From contig CAJUGE010000011.1 of NCBI GenBank assembly GCA_910586295.1, positions 22,798 through 86,797 on the forward strand: a stretch of DNA of 64,000 nucleotides. Direction: 5' to 3'. A program made the translations under genes and the position numbers. This document shows positions 1 through 10,050 of the stretch, piece by piece. The stretch comes from an uncultured Bacilli bacterium. GTDB taxonomy: Bacteria > Bacillota_I > Bacilli_A > RF39 > UBA660. The number at the start of each line of letters is the position of its first letter. Within the stretch, counting starts at the first letter, position 1. The notes under the pieces are model-generated. The model saw nothing but the letters and a program-made list of their open reading frames with translations, made no database searches and was not told where the DNA came from.

Positions 1-7
1 AACAACT

Positions 8-38
8 AACGACTAATCTTATATATAGTCGTTTTTTT
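8..38 (+). terminator. Rho-independent terminator (8-bp stem aacgacta/tagtcgtt + T7), presumably ending an upstream rpmH
   Basis: Perfect inverted repeat 8-15/26-33 followed by a T-run, directly upstream of rnpA. Confidence 0.6.
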
Positions 39-91
39 CTAATAAAAAGTTATCAAATAGTTAATGAATTAAGTAATAAAAGGTGATAAAA

Positions 92-424
92 GTGAATAAA
101 GAATATATTATAAGAAAAAATGAAGAAATTTCTCACATTGTTAAAACAGGAAAAAAAACAGTAAGCAAGTTTTATATTATATATAATATAGAAAGAGAAG
201 AAAGAGATAATCAGTATTGTATAAGTGTAAGTAAGAAATTAGGGCGTGCTCACATAAGAAATAAGATTAAGAGAAGAATAAAAGATATACTAATGAAAAA
301 TAAAATGGCTTTTAATAGAAAGTATGTTATAATAATAAGGAAAGATGCAGTTACTGCCTCTTACAATGATTTAAGAGAAAATCTAATAAAACAAATAAAG
401 GAGACAATAAATGAAAAAAACTAA
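92..424 (+). CDS. rnpA: Ribonuclease P protein component (alternative GTG start at 83)
   Basis: KLGRAHIRNKIKRRIKDIL motif typical of RnpA; GGTGA RBS 5 nt before GTG at 92; first gene of the rnpA-yidC-jag cluster. Confidence 0.8.
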   Translation: MNKEYIIRKNEEISHIVKTGKKTVSKFYIIYNIEREERDNQYCISVSKKLGRAHIRNKIKRRIKDILMKNKMAFNRKYVIIIRKDAVTASYNDLRENLIKQIKETINEKN

Positions 425-1316
425 AAAAGTAGTTATATTAATATTGCTAACATGCATGCTAACTACAGGTTGTACTAGAACATTCCAAGATGAAGATACA
501 AAAAAGATGTATACAGAAAATATTTTATGTAAGCCTACTGATGAGAAATCTCTAGAAGCTTATGATAAGAACGAGAACGTTAAATTAAATAAACTGCCAA
601 AATGTGAAGAATTTAAATTAACTTCTGGAGGATATGAAGGACTGTTCACTAATATATTTGTAAAACCTCTAGCATGGTTAATAATTCAAGTTGGTCGTCT
701 TGTTAAAAACTATGGTTTATCAATAATAATATTAGGAGTACTATTACGTTTATTAGTAATGCCGTTAAGTAAAAAGACAATTAATATGTCTGAAAACATG
801 AAAAAAGCACAGCCAGAACTAGAAAAACTAGAAAAAAAATATTCTAACAGAACTGATCAAGAATCAATGCTTAAGAAGAATCAAGAAATGCTAATGATAT
901 ATAAAAAATATGATATTAAACCTTTCTCAGGTTGCTTAGTATCTTTAATTCAATTACCATTATTCTTTGCCTTCTTAGAAGCAATACAAAGAATACCAGT
1001 TATACTAGAAGAAAGATTGTTATGGTTTGATTTAGGAACTACCCCTTGGGAAGCAATGAAATCTGGACAATATTATTACATTATAATAGTAATTCTAATA
1101 GCCTTAGTAACTTACCTCTCATTTAAGAATATGAATGCCACTTCAATGAATAGCGACCAAGTCGCACAAACAAAATTTATGACAAAGATGATGGTAGTGT
1201 TTATAACTTTCATGTCATTCACATTAAATGTTGGAATTGGCTTCTACTGGATAGCAACAAGCACATTTGCAGTAATACAAAACTATATATTTAAAAGAGA
1301 TAAGAAGAAAAAATAG
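411..1316 (+). CDS. yidC: YidC/Oxa1-family membrane protein insertase, lipoprotein-type (SpoIIIJ/YidC)
   Basis: N-terminal lipobox LLTCMLTTGC; multi-TM core with a conserved YidC C-terminal region; synteny rnpA-yidC-jag; AAAGGAG RBS. Confidence 0.85.
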   Translation: MKKTKKVVILILLTCMLTTGCTRTFQDEDTKKMYTENILCKPTDEKSLEAYDKNENVKLNKLPKCEEFKLTSGGYEGLFTNIFVKPLAWLIIQVGRLVKNYGLSIIILGVLLRLLVMPLSKKTINMSENMKKAQPELEKLEKKYSNRTDQESMLKKNQEMLMIYKKYDIKPFSGCLVSLIQLPLFFAFLEAIQRIPVILEERLLWFDLGTTPWEAMKSGQYYYIIIVILIALVTYLSFKNMNATSMNSDQVAQTKFMTKMMVVFITFMSFTLNVGIGFYWIATSTFAVIQNYIFKRDKKKK

Positions 1317-1334
1317 AAGTAAGGTGAGAAATTT

Positions 1335-1952
1335 ATGGAAAAATATGTTTACAAGGGAAAGAATAAAGAGGAAATAATAGAAAGTGCATTAAACGAATTA
1401 AATTGTACTTTAGAAGAAATAATTATTAAAGAAACGGAAGAAAAGTCTGGCCTTTTTCAAGGAAAGAAAACCATTTTAGAAATAGTAAAAGTTGAAGACG
1501 TGGCATCACTAGGAAAAAACTTAATTGAAGGACTCCTAGAAGGCTTTGGAATAAATGGAAGTATAGAAAAAAAAATAAGAGGAAATCAAATTTCCTACAA
1601 AATTCATTCTGACAACAATAATATTTTAATCGGTCGTCGTGGACATATATTAGAAAGTATCCAAACTTTCATAAAGAACAGTATAAATAGCCAAATAGGC
1701 TTGTACGTTAATATTATAATAGATATAGAAAACTATAAAGAAAAACAAAATTATTTCCTAGAGAAAAACGTTAAAAGAATAGCTAGAGATGTTACTCTTT
1801 CAAAAGTACCCGTTAAACTAGACCCCATGAATTCTTATGAAAGAAGAATAGTTCATAATGCACTAAGTAAATTTGAATATATAGAAACACTAAGTGAAGG
1901 TGAAGAACCTAATAGATGTGTTGTAATAAAATATAAAGAAAAAGAAAATTAA
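1335..1952 (+). CDS. jag: Jag/KhpB RNA-binding protein (KH + R3H domains)
   Basis: C-terminal R3H-like MNSYERRIVHNALSKF; position immediately after yidC. Confidence 0.8.
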   Translation: MEKYVYKGKNKEEIIESALNELNCTLEEIIIKETEEKSGLFQGKKTILEIVKVEDVASLGKNLIEGLLEGFGINGSIEKKIRGNQISYKIHSDNNNILIGRRGHILESIQTFIKNSINSQIGLYVNIIIDIENYKEKQNYFLEKNVKRIARDVTLSKVPVKLDPMNSYERRIVHNALSKFEYIETLSEGEEPNRCVVIKYKEKEN

Positions 1953-2070
1953 AAGCATTAAGTGATATATTAAAAATATATTGCTTTTTTTATAAAAAAA
2001 TAACTAAAAATAAAATTCATTGACTTTATAAAAATTTTAATTAACATATGAGAAAAAGGAGATGTACTAT

Positions 2071-2552
2071 ATGTCAAATGAACTAATTAATAAATATAGA
2101 AAAGAAGGAATTAAAAGTTTATTCGAAATTCCAAAAGAACATAAAATATTTAAAACATATCAAATTTTAGGAGACCGCGAAATTTCAACATATTTTATAA
2201 TTATCCAAATAACTTTTTAATAGGTACATGTGAAGGATGGTCAAGAATATTTGTAGGTAAAATAGGAGAAAAAGATTGTAGAAATCGGGCTGAATTAACA
2301 TTATTCTACTTGGATTATGCTCACCTATTGTCATACTTAGGAGAAGATTTCAGTAAAGTAGAATTTTTTAAACTAACTAAATATAGGGAAACTATGATTT
2401 TAGAAGATAATTGTACTCCAGTATTTTATGGCTCATTTGGAAAATGTCATGAAGATATGAATTTACCTGAAAGTAATGGAAATTTATATGATGAACTAAA
2501 AGAAAATGTTGATGATTATATAAAAGGTTGTTTAACATCATATATATATTAA
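2071..2552 (+). pseudogene. Hypothetical protein (about 160 aa) split by one frameshift in a T5 run (2214-2218); ORFs 2071-2220 and 2154-2552 join in frame if the run is T6
   Basis: Two overlapping ORFs in frames +1/+0; restoring one T gives continuous ...QITFLIGTCEGW...; AAAGGAG RBS before 2071; no recognisable domain. Confidence 0.45.
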
Positions 2553-2880
2553 TACAGGAAACATTAACACTAGACCCTTCATTTTATTTAATTAAAAACT
2601 ATAGAAAAATGTTGTAATGAATCAAATAGAGAATTTAGACCAGATGAGTTAGAAAAAGTTTACGAAGAATTTAATAAAAAAATGATGAGTAAACCCTATG
2701 TTCTAAGTTTTAGAAGAAATTAGTATAATATTATATGCTATTTAATTTTCAAAAATCATATAATAATTTGAATATTAATTATACTTATGATAAAACAAAA
2801 AAACAGAAACCGAGTAAAGCATTTATGTTGTTTTACTCTTTATTTTATGCTAAAATAACTAACAAAAGAAAGGAGAACAA

Positions 2881-3610
2881 TATGAAAATAATTGGAGTTT
2901 TTAATCCATGTGGTTTAAATCCATTAAATGATGTAGTCCTAGTACCAGCTGATTTTAATGTTGTATATCAAGATGACAATGGGAAGTTATTTATAAAATA
3001 TTTAGATTCAGGAGACTTCTCTATAATTACACTTAAACTAGAACAATTAAAAAGCTCAGCAGAAAAAATCAAAGAAATAGAATTATATCTTACAGAAGGA
3101 ATAAGTCAGATAGGTTATCCTACTAAGTATAAACCTATAAGAAATGAATTTATGGTATATCCATTCACATTAGATGGAACAACAAAACATGCCTATAGTA
3201 GCTTAGAAGAATTTCCTACTGGTAAAATAATGATTGACCCAAATATCCAAACAAGTAATGAAGCTTTTAATCAAGCAGTTATTTTTCCTAATCAAGAATT
3301 ATATATAGGACAATTTAAATATATATATGAACAAGCTAAACCTTATCTAAATATTAATGGAAATATAACAAAATTTATGGGATTAATAAACTGGCTTATA
3401 AATAACATGTATCTAGAGGAAGCATATGAATTAATCATGCAAATGAAATCATCAGGAGCTAATCTTAAAGAATTCAATCATCCAAGGAAGCTATTTGTTT
3501 TGGATGGTTCAACTAACTTTTTAGATTATTCATTGAATAGAATAGCAGACCTTAATTTAATTAAAGAGAATACTAAAAGTCTTAAATTAAAAATATTTGA
3601 TAGAAAATAG
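2881..3610 (+). CDS. Hypothetical protein (243 aa), no recognisable domain
   Basis: AAAGGAGAACAATATG RBS/start; followed by a strong terminator hairpin; the ORF-track start at 2735 lacks an RBS. Confidence 0.6.
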
Positions 3611-3633
3611 ACTCCAAATAATTGGAGTTTTTA
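3611..3633 (+). terminator. Rho-independent terminator (actccaa/ttggagt stem, T-run); a second 8-bp hairpin lies at 3641-3671
   Basis: Perfect 7-bp stem with 4-nt loop then TTTTT; immediately after the stop at 3610. Confidence 0.75.
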
Positions 3634-3676
3634 TTATTTCCCAAGCCCCTTATTTCCTGGGAAATACTACATATAA

Positions 3677-3705
3677 TTTACAATAAGCCAAAAAAGTGAT
3701 ATAAT
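3677..3705 (+). promoter_or_regulatory. Sigma-A-type promoter for mnmE: TTTACA-17-TGaTATAAT
   Basis: Near-consensus -35 (3677-3682) and extended -10 (3700-3705) with 17-bp spacer, 25 bp upstream of the mnmE RBS. Confidence 0.6.
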
Positions 3706-3729
3706 TTTTGACATTCGGAGGGATGTAAA

Positions 3730-5085
3730 ATGAATGATACAATCACTGCAATCGCAACTGCCGTGGGAGTAAGTGCAATTAACATTATAAAAGTAAGTGG
3801 TGACAAGTCAATAGAGATAGTTTCAAAAGTATTTGAAGGTAAAAATCTTACAGAAGTTAAATCACATACTATTAACTATGGCTACATAATAGATGGAAAA
3901 GTTAAGGTAGACGAAGTTTTGGTCTCTGTATTTAAAAGTCCAAAAACATATACAGGAGAAGATATTGTAGAAATAAATTGTCATGGAGGAATTGCCAGCA
4001 CCAACAAAATACTTGAATTAATACTATCTAATGGTGCTCGTCTAGCAGAACCAGGAGAATTTATAAAACGAGCATTCTTAAATGGAAGAAAAAACTTAAT
4101 GGAAGTAGAATCAATAGAAGATATAATAAATGCAAAAACTGAAAGTTTAAGAAAAATGGGAATGAAAGGCCTAACTGGAGAACTTTCTAACATGATAAAG
4201 ACATTAAAATCCAAAGTCACAGAAATAATAGCAAATATTGAAGTAAACATAGACTATCCAGAATACGAAGATGCAATAACTTATACTAACGAAATACTAT
4301 CTAATAGAATAAAAGAAATAAAAGAATCATTAGAAAGCATACTGAAAGAATCCAAAAAAGGAAAACTTATTAAAGATGGAATAACAGTTGGAATAATAGG
4401 AAAACCAAATGCAGGTAAAAGCAGTTTGCTAAACAAACTATTAAACGAAGAAAAAGCCATAGTAACTGACATTGCAGGCACAACTAGAGACATAGTTGAA
4501 GGAAGTATCATTCTAAAAGGAATAACTCTTAACTTAATAGACACAGCAGGTATAAGAGAGACTGACAACTTAGTAGAACAAATTGGTGTTCAAAAAAGTG
4601 AAAAAATAATAGAAGAATCAGACCTAATAATAACGATGATTGATGGAAGCAAACCTCTAAGTGAAGAAGACAAAAAAATATTAGAAAAAATAAAAGACAA
4701 AAAAGTAATTGTACTAATAAACAAAAGCGATTTACATACCAAAATAGAAACAACAACATTAGAATCATTTACTTACATAAAAACATCAATAAAAAATAAC
4801 GAAGGAATAAAAGAATTACTTGAAAAAATTGAAGAATTATTTAATCTAAATGAATTAGAAACAAGCGACTTTACTTACATATCAAATGCTAGACAAATTT
4901 CGTTAATCAAACAAAGTTTAAAACTAATTAACGAAATAGAAGAAGCAAACAGTAACAATATAGAAGTTGACCTCATACAAATTGATTTAGAAAGATTATG
5001 GAATTTATTAGGAGAAATAATAGGAGAAACTTATAAAGAAGAATTATTAGACGAAATATTCAGTAAATTTTGTCTAGGGAAATAG
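3730..5085 (+). CDS. mnmE: tRNA modification GTPase MnmE (TrmE)
   Basis: GKPNAGKSSLLN P-loop, DTAGIRE, C-terminal CxGK; canonical position before mnmG. Confidence 0.95.
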   Translation: MNDTITAIATAVGVSAINIIKVSGDKSIEIVSKVFEGKNLTEVKSHTINYGYIIDGKVKVDEVLVSVFKSPKTYTGEDIVEINCHGGIASTNKILELILSNGARLAEPGEFIKRAFLNGRKNLMEVESIEDIINAKTESLRKMGMKGLTGELSNMIKTLKSKVTEIIANIEVNIDYPEYEDAITYTNEILSNRIKEIKESLESILKESKKGKLIKDGITVGIIGKPNAGKSSLLNKLLNEEKAIVTDIAGTTRDIVEGSIILKGITLNLIDTAGIRETDNLVEQIGVQKSEKIIEESDLIITMIDGSKPLSEEDKKILEKIKDKKVIVLINKSDLHTKIETTTLESFTYIKTSIKNNEGIKELLEKIEELFNLNELETSDFTYISNARQISLIKQSLKLINEIEEANSNNIEVDLIQIDLERLWNLLGEIIGETYKEELLDEIFSKFCLGK

Positions 5086-5097
5086 GAGGAATAAAAA

Positions 5098-6956
5098 TGT
5101 ATGACATTATAGTAATCGGAGGAGGACATGCAGGTTGTGAAGCAAGCCTTTCATCTGCAAGAATGAACATGAAGACCTTACTAATAACAGGAAACATAAA
5201 AAATATTGCAGACATGCCTTGTAATCCTTCAATTGGAGGTTCAGCCAAAGGAATCGTCGTAAGAGAAATAGATGCTCTTGGAGGAGAAATGGGAATAAAT
5301 GCAGATATTTCTCATTTACAAATCAAGATGTTAAACAGCAAAAAAGGTCCAGGAGTAAGAAGTCTTAGATGTCAAGCAGATAAAACTACCTACGGCGAAA
5401 ATATGATTAAAACATTACAAAAAACACCAAACTTAGAAATAAAAGAAGATCTAGTAAAAGAATTAATTGTAGAAAACAATACCATCAAAGGAATAAAAAC
5501 TGAAAGTGGCGAAACAATACTAACAAAAAAAGTAATAATAACTACTGGAACATACTTAAATGCAGACATACTAAGAGGACATTCAAAGGAAAAAGGTGGT
5601 CCACATGGTGAAAAACCATCACTTTACTTAAGTGAAAGCATGAAAGAATTAGGACTCACAATGAGAAGGCTAAAGACAGGAACTCCTCCTAGAGTTCAAA
5701 AAGACACAATAAATTATGATGAATGTTTTATAGAAAAAGGAGACAACTACTACCTAAGTTTCAGTAATTTTTATAAACCTACCTACTCTATTGAAAATCA
5801 ACTTCCATGTTATCTTACCTACACTAATGAAACAACACACAAAATTATATTAGACAACCTTGATAAATGTGCTCTTTATAGTGGGCTTATAGAAGGTATA
5901 GGACCTAGATACTGTCCCTCAATAGAAGATAAAATAGTAAAATTTAGAGATAAAGAAAGGCATCAAATATTCTTAGAACCAGAAAGACTTACTGGCGATG
6001 AAATATATGTAGGAGGTTTTTCTACAACAATGCCAGAAAATTTGCAAGAAGAACTAATTCATTCAATGTCAGGACTTCACAATGCAAAAATAACTAAATA
6101 TGGCTATGCAATAGAATATGATGCAATAGACTCAACTGAACTAAAAATGACTCTAGAAACAAAAAAAATAAAAGGTTTATACACTGCTGGACAAATTAAT
6201 GGAACAAGTGGCTATGAAGAAGCAGCCGCACAAGGTCTAATCGCAGGAATAAATGCAAGCCTAAGTCTAAAAAATAAAGATCCATTAATACTAAAAAGAA
6301 ATGAAGCCTATATTGGAGTTCTAATAGATGATTTAATAAACAAAGGTATAACCGAGCCGTATAGACTTCTAACATCTCGTGCTGAATTCAGACTATTACT
6401 AAGACATGATAATGCAGATATAAGATTAACTGAAATTGGAAGAAAAGTAGGACTTATAAATGATGAAAAATACAATATATTTAAAAATAAACTAGCAAAG
6501 ATAACTGAATTACAAGAATACCTTACTAAAACCAAAATAAATAATACAGAAGAAACAAATAACTACTTATCTACTCTATCATCTAGCCCTATAAATGTAA
6601 GTGTTTCATCTATAGAACTTTTAAGAAGACCTGAAATAAAAATTGATAATATAGAACATTTACTAAATATTGTATTTGATGAATCAGCAAAAGAACAAGT
6701 AGAAATAAATATCAAATACCAAGGATATATAGAAAAAACTCAAAAAGAAGCGGAAAAAATGCTATCTCTAGAAAAAAAACAAATACCAGAAAATATAGAT
6801 TATAGTAAAGTAAGAAATATTGCTACTGAAGCAAGACAAAAGTTAGAAAGTGTTAGACCATTAACAATAGGTCAAGCATCACGTATAAGTGGAGTAAATC
6901 CATCAGATATTACTATGTTACTTGTATACTTAAAAAAGGAGTATCCTTATGAATAA
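5098..6956 (+). CDS. mnmG: tRNA uridine 5-carboxymethylaminomethyl modification enzyme MnmG (GidA)
   Basis: YDIIVIGGGHAGCEA FAD-binding N-terminus; length and synteny mnmE-mnmG-rsmG; GGAGGA RBS before ATG 5098. Confidence 0.95.
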
Positions 6957-7662
6957 AGATGAGTTTATAAACGAATTAAAGAAACTAGGTATATCATTAA
7001 CTCAAAGTGAACTGAATAGTTTTGAAACTTATAAAAATCTATTACAAGAATATAACAAAAAATTTAATCTTACTACAATTATAGAAGACGAATCAATATA
7101 TTTGAAGCACTTTTATGATTCACTTTGTCTTATGAAAGTAGTTGAATTAAAAACTGCCAAAACAATCTTAGATATTGGGACAGGAGCAGGATTCCCAGGA
7201 ATACCTTTAGCAATTATAAACAAAGATAAAAAAATAACATTAGTTGAGTCTAATGGAAAAAAAGTTTCATTCTTAACTTTTTTAAAAGAAAAACTAAACT
7301 TGAATAACGTAGAAATATATAATTCTAGAGCAGAAGATTTTGCAAAAGCCCATAGAGAAGAATATGACATAGCAACATCAAGAGCAGTATCACACTTAAA
7401 AATAATTACTGAATTAGAATTTCCTACTATTAAGGTAAAAGGTTTATTCTTACCTTTAAAATCTAATATTGAGAAAGAATTAGAAGTAACTAAAGAATTT
7501 ATAAAAGAATTAGATGGTTCTTTAGAAGAAACGATAACTTATACCCTACCCTACGAAAACTCAAAAAGAACAATTCTTAAAATAAGAAAACTTCAAGAAA
7601 CAAACCATCTATACCCTAGAGACTATAGCAAAATCTCAAAAGAATTAAAAAACTTAAGATAA
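6949..7662 (+). CDS. rsmG: 16S rRNA (guanine527-N7)-methyltransferase RsmG (GidB)
   Basis: LDIGTGAGFPGIPLAI SAM motif; 8-nt overlap with mnmG. Confidence 0.9.
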   Translation: MNKDEFINELKKLGISLTQSELNSFETYKNLLQEYNKKFNLTTIIEDESIYLKHFYDSLCLMKVVELKTAKTILDIGTGAGFPGIPLAIINKDKKITLVESNGKKVSFLTFLKEKLNLNNVEIYNSRAEDFAKAHREEYDIATSRAVSHLKIITELEFPTIKVKGLFLPLKSNIEKELEVTKEFIKELDGSLEETITYTLPYENSKRTILKIRKLQETNHLYPRDYSKISKELKNLR

Positions 7663-7665
7663 ATA

Positions 7666-7703
7666 AAAAGTACTAAGATATTAATATCAAAAGTACTTTT
7701 TTA
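7666..7703. terminator. Bidirectional Rho-independent terminator (9-bp stem aaaagtact/agtactttt) shared by rsmG (+) and tsaC (-)
   Basis: Perfect inverted repeat flanked by an A-run upstream and a T-run downstream. Confidence 0.65.
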
Positions 7704-8287
7704 TTTAGAAATTATTCTATCAAGTTCTTCATTTTTAACTTTACCTTCTCTTATAATGACTTTCTCATTCTTAACCTCTACTATTGTAGAAGTCGTATCA
7801 TCACTTATGTCCCCACTATCTATTATATAATCCACCTTTCCATATAACTCATCCATAATATTATCAATTTTAATGCCTGTGTTACTACCAGAAAGATTTG
7901 CACTAGGAACAACTATAGGACATTAGCGTGCTTAATAATATTATAAGATAGTCCATCTTTAAGAAGTATAAATCCAACAATTCCAGTTTCAGAAACAATA
8001 TTAGGCAAAGTGCTCTCTTTTATTTTAAATAGTATTGTTAGATAACCAGGCCAAAAAGCTTCAATTAATTTTTGCTCTATTGGACCAATAAAATCTACAA
8101 TTTTCTCTAACGTAGAAATATCAGAAATTAAAACACATAAAGGTTTTGCTCTAGGCCTATCCTTAATTTCATAAATCCTTTGACAAGCAGTTTCGTCTAA
8201 AGCATTGGTATACATACCATATACTGTATTAGTTTTAAAAATAGCTATTTTTCCTCTCTTTATATCATTAGTTATTTCAATCATCAT
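7701..8287 (-). pseudogene. tsaC: L-threonylcarbamoyladenylate synthase TsaC/YrdC-family gene, frameshifted around 7907-7910
   Basis: N-terminal ORF (7913-8287) has YrdC motifs (KDRPRAKPLCVLI, IIKHANV); the C-terminal part (PIVVPSANLSGSNTG...VDYIIDSGD...STIVEV) is in the -1 frame; one extra C in a CC run (GTCC->GTCCC, minus strand) restores the frame. Confidence 0.7.
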
Positions 8288-8494
8288 ATTATCATCAATA
8301 TCTTTTTAATTAATATACTTTCTCATATTAAAACACCTAATAAATTTATAATAATATACTTTTATTATATTAAAAAGATTCATAGCTAAATTTATTCTAA
8401 TTATAAAAAATAATATATTACAAGTACTTGAAAAAAAAATCAAAATACTATAAAATGTATATATAAATAAAGAATAAGAAATGGGGCTGATTAT

Positions 8495-9817
8495 ATGAAC
8501 AGAGAAAGTGAAATAATTAATGTAAGAATAGATGAAATTATACCAAACAGGTTTCAACCAAGACTAACATTCAATGAGTCTGAATTACAGAGTCTTGCAG
8601 AATCAATAAAGATGCATGGAATTATACAACCACTAGTACTAAGACGTATTGGAGAAAAATTTGAAATTATTGCAGGAGAAAGAAGATACAAAGCATCAGT
8701 GATGGCAGGATTAACTACAGTTCCAGCAGTAATTATGAATATTGACGACCAAAAAAGTGCTGAAGTAGCGATAGTTGAGAACTTACAAAGGAAAAATCTT
8801 ACTGCCATAGAAGAAGCTCAATCTTATAAAAAGCTTTTAGATAAAGGCTATCTTACACAAGAAGAACTTGCAAATAAAATGGGTGTAACTCAACCTACTA
8901 TCGCAAATAAATTAAGATTATTAAATCTTACTGAGGCTGCACAACAAGCATTACTTAAAAATCAAATATCTGAACGACATGCTAGAAGTCTATTAGCAAT
9001 TGCAAACCCAAATATGCAAATAAGTATGCTAAATAGAATTATAGGTGAGAGATTAACAGTTAGACAAACTGATGAAGAAATAAGCAAATTGTTAGGAAGA
9101 AGTCCAGAGACTATTAATGACGCTATAGAGAACTATGGCGAAAGTAGTTCAGGCAATTCTCAAGTTCTAACTCCAGAAGAACCACAAAATTCCGTCGCCC
9201 CAGTAGTGGAAACTATAAAAACTCCAACTTTTGATAATCTTGTCCAACCTACACCTACTATTTCTTCATATATAAATCCAGCTGCATTTGATGTCGATAT
9301 AGATAGTATAAAATCTAATTCAGTAGATATAATACCAGAACATAAACCAAGTGACATAGACATGTTGATGAGGACTGAATCTCAAGAAAGTAGCAATACT
9401 GCTGTAGAAGAAACGCCTAAGAAAGTATCGCTAGAAGATGTACCAACAAATATAGATATGGGTAGTATAGTAAATTCATCGAATATGGCAGTAAATCCTT
9501 TTCAAAACTTGGAAACTCCAGAAACGCCATTTGAAATACCTACTCCAACTTTTGAAAAACCTTATAGTGATCCAACACCTGTATCACAACCTACATATGC
9601 CCCAGGAAGCAGTCTCATAGATGAATTTAGGCAACAACAACCAAAACCACTAGAACAAAATATAGAAAAAAATTCAAATACTAAAAGCATATCATCTGCA
9701 ATAACTGTAGCAAGAAATGAAGTAAGAAAAATCGAAGATTTAGGATTTCAAGTAGATACAGAAGAATTTGACTTTGAAGATATGTATCAAATAATAATAA
9801 AAATAAAGAAAGATTAA
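8495..9817 (+). CDS. parB: ParB/Spo0J partition protein with a long low-complexity C-terminal extension
   Basis: IIAGERRYKAS, HTH region MGVTQPTIANKLRLL; about 240 aa of Pro/Thr/Ser/Glu-rich tail; no parA/soj or noc upstream. Confidence 0.85.
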   Translation: MNRESEIINVRIDEIIPNRFQPRLTFNESELQSLAESIKMHGIIQPLVLRRIGEKFEIIAGERRYKASVMAGLTTVPAVIMNIDDQKSAEVAIVENLQRKNLTAIEEAQSYKKLLDKGYLTQEELANKMGVTQPTIANKLRLLNLTEAAQQALLKNQISERHARSLLAIANPNMQISMLNRIIGERLTVRQTDEEISKLLGRSPETINDAIENYGESSSGNSQVLTPEEPQNSVAPVVETIKTPTFDNLVQPTPTISSYINPAAFDVDIDSIKSNSVDIIPEHKPSDIDMLMRTESQESSNTAVEETPKKVSLEDVPTNIDMGSIVNSSNMAVNPFQNLETPETPFEIPTPTFEKPYSDPTPVSQPTYAPGSSLIDEFRQQQPKPLEQNIEKNSNTKSISSAITVARNEVRKIEDLGFQVDTEEFDFEDMYQIIIKIKKD

Positions 9818-9823
9818 AACTAT

Positions 9824-10045
9824 ATGACGACAAAAATATTTTATATAGTAGATACAATTATAATAATAAGTTTTATTGAAATAGTAGCATTAAATAATCT
9901 TTCAGATTTAGGATTATATGCATTAGAAAATATGGGTAAATTTGTGATGTGGCTATGTACTTTGATAATAAGTTCAATTCTATTATTACTTGTATTTTTA
10001 ATAAGATATTTTAAAAATAAAAAAACAACAAAAAAAGACTTTTAG
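9824..10045 (+). CDS. Possible small membrane protein (73 aa, two predicted TM helices)
   Basis: Hydrophobic ORF filling the gap between parB and the PBP gene; weak RBS. Confidence 0.3.
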   Translation: MTTKIFYIVDTIIIISFIEIVALNNLSDLGLYALENMGKFVMWLCTLIISSILLLLVFLIRYFKNKKTTKKDF

Positions 10046-10050
10046 ATAAA

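Noticed and set aside
2592-2723. Short ORF (CCNESNREFRPDELEKVYEEFNKKMMSKPYVLSFRRN) downstream of the frameshifted hypothetical gene
   Set aside because: Separated from the upstream ORF by several stops; no start codon or RBS context; too short.
3981-4768. Three antisense ORFs (3981-4250, 4281-4568, 4529-4768) inside mnmE
   Set aside because: Low-complexity translations on the opposite strand of a well-supported gene; typical AT-rich antisense artefacts.
8306-8557. 83-aa minus-strand ORF upstream of parB
   Set aside because: Overlaps the parB promoter and start, has a low-complexity I/F/Y-rich translation and no RBS; probably spurious.
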